DNA of 32,116 nt, from positions 1-32,116 of the forward strand of contig CAJVPI010000384.1 of the NCBI GenBank assembly GCA_910592345.1, written 5' to 3'. The position numbers and the translations under genes were made by a program. This document shows, one piece after another, positions 23,260 to 32,116 of the stretch; the stretch's first letter is position 1, and every line of letters begins with the position of its first letter. This DNA is from Paraglomus brasilianum. Lineage: Eukaryota. The notes beneath the pieces are model-generated. The model was not told the origin of the DNA, ran no database searches, and saw nothing but the letters and a program-made list of their open reading frames with translations.

Positions 23260-26200
23260 CTACACAAATACAAATTCTCCCGAATCAGGAGCACTCGTCT
23301 CTAAACATAACGAAGAGGCAAGATCAGAAGAGAAATAATTGTCCACGAAAGTCCGAGACGGAAGTGCACCTGGAATGTCTGCTGGAGTGGTGGGATGAGA
23401 ACAATGTGGATTCGAAGTATTCAAGTGAATTTTTTGGTGAGGAGACGACGACGGCGAAGAGGAGCACGATGACGATGACAGGAACGGGGAAAAGGATGAA
23501 ACTGTAGGACTAGTTATAGTTTCATCCGATGCTGTATCTGCTGGATGTGATGATATATTCTTGTCCGTAATCAACTCGTTAGTGGCGTTGCGGATGGCAT
23601 ATGCTATGGCCTTCTCGTTGGCAGTCCCGTTCCGACTACCCATACAGTTTCTCATATGAGAGTTTTTCCCCGTACTCTTCCTTCTCTTCACGCGAAAAAC
23701 TTCGTCTCTCTGTGCTTCATGTAATAACTCGCATAATGTTTTTGCCTCATCTTCTTCATTCTTCACATCGACCCAATCATAACTACTACTTGCCAAAGAT
23801 CTAGGGCATGAGTTTGAAGAGGATGAGGAGTGCGGTACATAAGGAAATGCTATGGACGGTTTTGATAGCGTTTTTGGCGATTTTAACGACGGTTTGGCAG
23901 ATGATCTTGGAAATGATTTGGATGTCCTCGATGATACTGGTTGAGGTGCCAATCTTGATTTTATCCCTTTAGAACCTTCATGCTCGTGAGTATTCTTTAC
24001 AACGATTACCATTCGAGGCACCTGTTCTCCTGAGGCTTGTCCTGAACCTTCATTGATCTTTGTTTCCTCGTTTTCAGTTTCATCTTCTCCGTTACTATTC
24101 ACACTGGTAGTGCTATTACTTTTATATCCGTCAAAACTCTCACTACTTGTACCACCACTACTATTACTACTTTCTTGCCAAGACTCATTATCAATAATAT
24201 CCACTTCCCAGTTATCTTCTTCGACCATAATGTCTCCTATCATTGCTCCATTCCTCACCCAAGTATCATTTTGCTTCCCGTCGGCTGATCGCCTCTTCCC
24301 ACTTCTTTCTCCAGTAATATTATTGCCATCAATAGTTAATTTTTCTACGTTATTGATTATACACTCCTTGTCGTCTCCGATCGTTCTTTTCACTCCCTTG
24401 AATTTTTTACTCCCGCCAGTTTGCTCATTTCTACACGCCCCTCTCCATGTGCGCCAAACAAGAGCGATCAACCTTCGCCTACGTCTTTTGATAAACAGGT
24501 TGGCAAGATAATATTCAGACGTAAGTCCCGGCATGTTACCCACATAGCCCAGGCGAGGGAAAGCTCGAGTTACATGTGGAGAAACAAACTCTGTATCAAG
24601 AGGAGTGCAGAGGAGAGATATAGAAATATCATCCTTGGGGAAGTAATATTCTTCCCAGAGCCCAATCGATCTTGCGTTAGTTGACAGTTCTATAATGCAC
24701 TGCCTAGTATCCTGCGTTATGTTGTTCTGATTGTATTGAGGTCTTCTGTACGCGGTGTTAATGAAAAACTTCTTCCGTACTCTGACAAATTCCCAAATGC
24801 TTATAGTGTTTTCTCTTAGTCCGACACATGTTCTTTCGCGTTCTGAGTTACACAAGAAGTCACCATACGGCGAGTTTCCCCCAGCTGCCCTTGCTAAGCA
24901 AAGCAACAGAAAATCATTATACTCGAATTTGTCTGGGTTTTGCTGAATGAGATGATGTACGCAGGTTAAGAAGAGTAGAAACACAGGAGATGGAACTGAC
25001 GGCGGCTGATGGAGCTGGCGATTAGGGGGAGGAGATGAAATTGTAGGAAAAATTGAAGAACATTGGGGAGACAACGGTAAGCCACCTCTGGAGCGAAACG
25101 GATGACCAAAGGCTAGCCATTCCTTTTCTATCAATACTTGGAAGCCCTAAGATAAACAAATTAAACTTTATGAGGACAATATGTGGAATGTAGTGTGCTC
25201 TCCGCTTTCCAACAGAGTTGTCATCTGTTTGAGCGATGCAAAAAAAAATAAATACCTTAATTGTACGAAAATATGGGTCAAGCATTATCTGTGCTAACGA
25301 AACTAACTGTGTTGTTCTTTGATAGAAGAAGTAAAAGTGAGTTACTTGTTCGCGTTCTTTGAATACACATTGTATGACACGATGGTTATGTAATATTACC
25401 TGTCCCATCCATCAGTGCAATGCTATAGAAATAAGAACCGACGTTATTTAAAAAATTTAAACAATAATACGTCCATCCATTAATCATTCCAAAAACGCTC
25501 ACCACTAAAACGCTAGCTCCGTCATCTACAATTCGACCCACAACACCATGTCTACCTCCAGCAGCCTTTAACAAATCCGCAACGTGTCCTAGCCATCCAG
25601 TGGATTCGATAACAGAGAACCAGTTAGGAGCCGAGGCATTGGATGATATTGCACGAAGTAGGTTCGTGTGGGAAGACGATATCGAGTGGATGTTGGGGAG
25701 ACCCAAAAAGTGAAGCGTAGTATTTGGCGGATAGTTTTCTGCAATTGCGATGAATGATACTGAGTATATTGAATAGACGCGTGTCTATGTGGTGCGTGAA
25801 ACAAAGGTCGAACGTACCTATATTCTCATATCCGCCTCCAGAATACCCATTACCAAAAGCCGATGCATATCCTCTAGCATCAAGAACACATATCTTTACG
25901 CTATTCTTTCCCGCATCTTTATTCATCTTCTGTCCACCAACTCCACCAAATTTCCCATATACTTCATCGTTAACAGCCCTAACTACCTCACGTATTAAAA
26001 ATTCATCCGCCAGCCCTCTTGTTCCGAGAAACCCTACCATCGGCTGTCCACTGCGCATCAATACTGTACGATTTTGCTTCCAACATAATATAGGAAATCG
26101 ACCGCGTGAACGAAACCGACAAAGGCTTTTGAAAAATGAAAGCGAGTCTGTCTCAGTTTGATTGGATGAGATGGAGGCAGAAGTTGATTCGGGCAATACG

Positions 26201-27442
26201 GTGGAACGGAATGAGGGTGATACGGCAATAGAATTAGATAAAGGTGTCGACCGAAGACTTGTTCCTTGCATTGCTGTCACAGTGTCGGACGAGGAAGCAG
26301 TCTGTTTTAGAAGTAGGGTTGGAAAAATAAAATCCTGCGGATAGGTTGGTGAAAGAGTAAAATCTTCGTTGACTGTTGATATGCACCTATGTTTGTGGAA
26401 GTAGAAAAGCTCGAGTCATTAAGTGTTTGTAGTACTTCAATGATGCCATGTTCGCGTCGTGCGTTCAATAAGGAGACGCATTACTGAATAAACATCTGCT
26501 TAGAATCAAACATTAATCCCACTCACCATACATCTTTGTTAATTTGCATTCTCTCAAACTCCTTCTGAATCTTATACCCTCTTGCCCACCCCAACTTTCT
26601 CACTCTCATATAAACATCTTTATCAAGTCCTTTCGTCTCTACTTCATCATCCGACTCATCACTACTACCTTCGCCATATATCTGATCTATAATTTCATCC
26701 TCCAACGTTTTTTTCCTCCCTTTTTCCATACTCTCGTTTCTATCGTTTCTTTTTTCGTTGATCCCATCTACAATTCGCCTTCCCATTTTAAATGGGAAGG
26801 TGGTTTCTATTGAAGATGAGAAGGTATGTTTTTTGAGTATGTCTGCAAATTCTTCACATAGCGAAGAGTTGTTCTTTGGCTTGACACTAATGTATGTCGA
26901 TGGGGTTGATATTTTGGGTTTAGAGAATTTAAAGAGATATTTTGATGGAGAGAATTTCAGGGTAATTGTGAGTTGATAGGGTGTTGTGTCTATTTGAGAA
27001 ATCGAGAGATGTGTGAATTGGACAAGATAGCTTGGAGGACTACTTGGCGGTTGGAAACATGTACGAAAATTGGTAATTACAACGCATGGCTATTAAATTA
27101 AAATGGAGAGAAAGGAAGATTAGTTAAAATTAAGCCAAACAATACCATATTAACACTTGCTGCCTGTGAATCAATCATTAAATTATCATCCAAACCACCT
27201 TCCAAACGCGCTTCTTATGCCTTTCAAATAGCGTCACCCCAAATTGAATTTACCTCGCTCACAATTTCCGTGTTGCTACAGCGTTCGCCACCCTTGCCAT
27301 TACATTCCACGAACGCACCGTCTCCTGTAGCCTCGAACAATTGAATCGCACTCGTTATCGCTATAAATTGGGGGGTCTCTCCGGGGAACAATATCAGACC
27401 AGGTGGGAGGCTAACACTCGGGCGTTTATTGTCGTAAACCAT
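23260..27442 (-). CDS. Myotubularin-family phosphoinositide 3-phosphatase (PH-GRAM-like + PTP-like domain) with long Ser-rich C-terminal tail
   Basis: Exons 27442-27254, 27089-26527, 26386-25818, 25738-25503, 25422-25400, ~25317-25256 and ~25146-23260. Motifs: [127 protein letters not shown]. Confidence 0.92.
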
Positions 27443-29573
27443 TTCCACTCCGTCTAAAACAAACGACAGAATTGTGAGAATGTGTGTGCCTTTGTGTAGT
27501 TGTGTAAACGTGTTGAAATGGATAGGACGGACAAAACGAAATCTAGAAAACTCTCTCCGAACGAAAGATCTCGATTTCGGTACAACACTGTCACACTTAC
27601 AAACTTGTGTTTAATCCACTTGGTCGTGGTAGGTGATCTCTAGAGCGCTTACCCACACAGAATGGTTGTATGGTTTTTTTTTTTTTCTTTATCGCTGCGG
27701 TTGCGGGAGTTTCTTCTTATAAGGTGGGGATTTGTACAAGCGGGATTTTTTTTTCTTATTGATGGATTCGTGTAACATGACAAAAAAAAGTTGTGATATC
27801 GATAAGTTATTCAACTTTACACTATCACAAATATCTTGGCGATCGACCCGGGTATTTTAGCTAATGAAATATCAACCGTTGTATCTATACGGTAACCATA
27901 ATCGTGTCACTCTGTGAGAGTTACTATTAGTCATACGGACTATATATCCTACGTAAGAACATGTCATTACACAATCTAGAAAATTTTTGCTTTGTACTCG
28001 ATGTCGTAATTATAATGCAAATAAAAGGGCAAAGATGTTGAAAGCCGCAGTTTCTCCTATTTGGTCATTTGGGCAACGGACAGTGTGTTCAAAAAAGAGT
28101 GGGGTTTAATATTCGATCACCAATCAGGAGGCCGGGCGGACGATCCAATCGACGCAGCAAGAACCGGGAAGATATACAGAATGCTTATGAGTAGCCAAAC
28201 TTGTCTGTGTTCATGATCACAACCCTAATTTAGAATGTTATAGAGGGTTTTTTCAAAGGCCGATTGCTTGAAGTAGCCTACAACGGTTATACAGTATATA
28301 ACATAAAAGCCTGACTATATGCATTTCGATGATTAGCAGATAACAATCGCTGTTTATACGGACACGTCATAAAACATGAGCCGCAGCGTTCCTTCGTTAA
28401 AATGGAAGTTGGCAAGATAATGCTTTTCAATTAGTTATTGTGTGAGAACCAGCCATCATATTAATATTATGATTCGTGTTCACCTTGCGTCGATTAAAGA
28501 TACCTCTATCCCAATTTGTGATAAGAATGAGCTCAGCCCTCAAGAAATACCCACTGACCAAGAGAGAATTAACGTTGTAAAGTGCCCGAGTTATCATCTA
28601 CAGCCCTGGACAATAAAACGGGGCAAAATTCCTTCATGTTTTTACCCCGTTTTATTGTTATTGTTATCTGGCGGTCAGGTGACACAAATGGGAGATATTC
28701 ATATGTTATTTTCCATTTTTGACCGATGTCTTCCTGCAAATCTAATCTTGATTATCTTCCCCGATAAGCAGACGGTTCACTTAAAACTAGAGGCTGAAGC
28801 GGTGCTGCGGCATCGACCAGTCCATTACTTATTAAATATTTATTTTCCCTCGATTTTTCGTGGACCAATAAATTTATGTGCTTTACTACATTTACCGGGC
28901 TATAGAATTGTATCCTAGCCTTGGTTTTCTAGGCTGGTGTTTTTAAAAAAGCAATTTATCGCTTGTGGATTAAAATTGACATTTTTATGTGCATGGGTTG
29001 TCACGTGGTATTAAATACAAATTTTTGTCGCATGTCCTGTCCTGGAAGGCATTGTGCACCTTAGATGTTATTAATAATAACAAACCAAAGTAGATGTGTG
29101 TGTATGAATTGTTGCAGAACTTTCTATTTGATGCCTCCAACCGACTATCAATGCTAGCCTTGTTGCATTATCTATATGCTATTTAAAGTAAAAGTTGACA
29201 GTTTATGCCAAATTTCAATGGTTACAATTGACAAGTTCTATCTTAAAAAAAAAAAGCCAATCGTAATTAATAGGAGAATGCCGTTCAAAAGCTACAATAA
29301 AGTCACCTTTGTACCAATATGATATTTGATATACCTTCTATTCGCTATCTAAAATGACGCAAGACGGAAGTTCATATACAAAAAAGTAGCCGTTTTTTGG
29401 CAGCTGAGCAATAACGTGAACGGCATTCTCGCAAATGATTATTTCATGTGACTTGAATCCATATATAGTAGAATTCCCGAGCCCAATGAGAACATTCACC
29501 GTGCGACATTCCCGATCTAGAATTGCTGCTACAGAATAAATACTTCTTGATCGAAACATTTCGTTAGGAAAGC

Positions 29574-30896
29574 ATGACAGACTTAAGTGCATCGAATCTC
29601 TATTCAGTCAAGGGCAAGGTCGCCCTAGTGACCGGAGGAGGAACTGGCATTGGAAAAATGATCGCAAAGGTACTTGTGCGTAATGGTGCTAAAGTTTATA
29701 TCGCATCCCGGAAACTAGGGAATTTAGAAAAAGGTTGGTCCATTACTTTCACCTTCGACATTTCGTCAACTGCCGTCTTTTCTACCACTATTTTATTTAC
29801 AAGTCCTCTTTTAATCTTAACGTTAACAGTTGCATCAGAATTAAATGCTCTCGGTCCAGGAAATTGCGTTCCTATTCAAGCAAACTTGAACACAAAGACT
29901 GCATGCGAACAGTTAGCTGCAGACATTAGTTCTCGAGAAGACAAACTACATATCTTAATAAACAATTCTGGAGCAACTTGGGCTGCTCCACTGGAGAATA
30001 TACCCGAGAGCGCTTGGGATCGCGTGTACAAGTTGAATGTCTATGCTGTTTATTATTTAACTATGGCGTGAGTATCCGAGTAATGTTGGGTTTATCCAAT
30101 ATTATAAGTGAAAGTTACATCGGATAAGTTTTTTAAGAGGATCTAATATGAATTGGGCAGTCTCGGGTACGTAGATGTCTGCCCCTTCTCACGAAAGCAA
30201 GCCAAGGTCCAAAGGATCCTGCGAGAGTTATTATTATCGGGAGTGTGGGAGGTATGCGGAATATTTTTCACGTAAGATGGAAGATACATATCATAGTCAC
30301 TCCTCAACTCTTAATGTAAATGAATGTATCATGTTGATTTGCATTTGAATAGGCATCGTTGAAGGAGAGTTGAAGAGCATCATTAAAGACAACAACTACA
30401 GTATCTTGGCTTATAATACCTCAAAGGCGGCTGTCCATCATCTGGGCAGGTCTTTAGCAACCCATTTAACGTAAATACATTGTCCTTATTACTTTATTTG
30501 TCGTTCCCACACAAGCTTTTTTTCTTAATCATTGATTTTAATTAGTCCTCGCGGTATAAATGTGAATGTGATTGCCCCGGGCGTTTTTCCGACGATAATG
30601 TCCAAGTACCAAGACGAAAAATCTTCAATCGAAGATACCCCGATTGGTATATATGTTTTTCTGGCCTCGCTGAGAAACGGTTGTTCATTGTCTTATTCAC
30701 CCGATCGCACACTAATGATGTCATTCACCATCTCACATATACAGGTCGATTGGGAATCGAATCGGATCTTGCAGGTACGGCCTTGTACCTTTCCTCTATT
30801 GCCGGAGCATTTGTTACAGGTGCTGTCATCGCAGTTGATGGCGGATTATCGCTGAAAAGTAGACCGTCAGAGAGCAAAGTAACCTCAAAGATTTAA
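29574..30896 (+). CDS. Classical short-chain dehydrogenase/reductase (RhlG-like subfamily)
   Basis: Exons 29574-29733, 29830-30067, 30175-30251, 30353-30470, 30546-30646 and 30745-30896 splice in frame. Motifs: TGGGTGIG cofactor loop, LINNSGATW, DPARVIIIGSV, catalytic YNTSK, INVNVIAPGVFPT, FVTGAVIAVDGG. Confidence 0.92.
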
Positions 30897-32116
30897 GCAA
30901 TAAATAATTTAGCATGTTGAAAGCCTACGTGGTGGCACACAAATCAAATTACGCGATCGTACTCTCTTTGTTTTTCATGAACGCAGAAGTTGCTAATAAT
31001 CCCGAGATGACTTGGTAATTTAAAAGTCTGGATTCGCTGCCAGACGTGCCATATAAACTATATGCAATCGCCGAATGATTTTATTACACAAATATAAATA
31101 ACATTTTCGGTTCGTTCTCCAGATGCCTTTTTTAGTGCCTTGTAAAATTCCAGCGTGCTTTTTCTAGTTCGAGCCGTCCAAGAGAGAACTGCCCTCCACA
31201 GTTCTCGGGACTCCATATCTTGTAATGATTCATTTTTAGATTTATTTATACAGGTTATTATCAGTGCAAAATGACATGACTAAATCAATTGCACCGCTTA
31301 ATACAAAATACCCAGTAATACCACGCACTAACCCATGACAGTCAAATACTTTAACTGTTATCATTGTCATGGATGAATGGTGTTTGAGATACAAACACTT
31401 ATTTGGATCACGTTTGTGCAATTGCTCAGTGCTATTCTCTCAAATTTATTTCGTTTCTATAATGAAGTGGAATCAGATCGCCAACATTAGGTTAGGGAAT
31501 CCCAGCTTCCACACGTGGCTATGCTAAAGTTTGTTTTGTTTTTTTGTTTTTTTAATTTAAGGACAAGAATCTACAAGAAGCCAGAGATTCGACTACTCTG
31601 ACGAAGCCGAGACTCTCTGGGTAGAATTTACCGTCATATTTAACGATAGAAGGAAGAGGGAAGGGCGTTCTCCCACGAAAATGTATAATGTCTTATCGGG
31701 AGAAATTGGCCTTAGCCCTGCCACACTCGCCTCCTTTTACCGGCATCAAAAATGTCCATAAAATCTGTGAGAAAGAAAATCAGAAAATATGAAATAGACG
31801 TTACCGTTAACAGTAGTAATAATAGGCTTTTAGGTGGAAGTAGTAACATATTCAGTAGCAATGCTGACAATGGCAATGATAGTGATAGCTAGTGTTGGGC
31901 GGGGAAAGAGTCATTTTTACTATGTAAAAGGCCTAGTGCTAGGATCCGGCAGACATGTTTTCATGCTTTATTCCTCCCTCTTCGTCTCCGCCCACGCCTC
32001 TATCCATATATTATTCTAACCGACTTTTACATTGTACGGTTTAACTTATAATTGACTGCTGTATATCGCTCATGTCAAAAATAAATTTATCGATGTGCGA
32101 TTATTATAAAAGTTTA

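Noticed and set aside
24053..24511. Hydrophobic 152-aa plus-strand ORF resembling a membrane protein
   Set aside because: Antisense shadow of the acidic, purine-rich myotubularin tail.
9667..27442. U12-type (minor) or non-canonical introns, known to be relatively abundant in some Glomeromycota
   Set aside because: Every intron I traced in ECM29, the RING-TPR gene and the myotubularin is GT-AG, with no RTATCCTT donor.
28442..28918. 158-aa ORF between the myotubularin and the SDR
   Set aside because: GTG start, no recognisable motif and no consistent splice structure; likely spurious, though a decayed gene cannot be excluded.
31596..31630. CTGACGA resembling the hammerhead ribozyme core
   Set aside because: No correctly spaced GAAA after a stem II and no closing stems.

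Overview
Eukaryotic, intron-rich fungal DNA with short GT-AG introns. A Glomeromycota (arbuscular mycorrhizal) origin is inferred from the HxDLHSGN-type tyrosine-kinase-like (TKL) gene, but the organism cannot be proven from the sequence. Six spliced genes can be assembled by hand. (1) A minus-strand TKL kinase with tandem degenerate kinase N-lobe/Cys modules and a non-RD (HCD) catalytic loop. (2) A SEC9/SNAP-25 t-SNARE. (3) A 29-exon ECM29 proteasome adaptor. (4) A lineage-specific multidomain gene: helical N-terminus, degenerate RING/U-box, TPR, then a beta-sandwich, with a strongly CpG-depleted 2.3 kb first exon. (5) A myotubularin PI3P phosphatase with a 23-nt catalytic micro-exon and candidate Atg8-interacting motifs. 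(6) An RhlG-like short-chain dehydrogenase. Non-coding DNA holds several MITEs: two copies of a GGG...CCC family (one inside a kinase intron with a perfect 8-bp TSD), a Tc1/mariner-type MITE and a probable nested element. There are also likely gene relics. No rRNA, tRNA or CRISPR was found. The best candidates for undescribed biology are the RING-TPR-beta-sandwich gene and the multi-N-lobe non-RD kinase; functional readings of both are inference.
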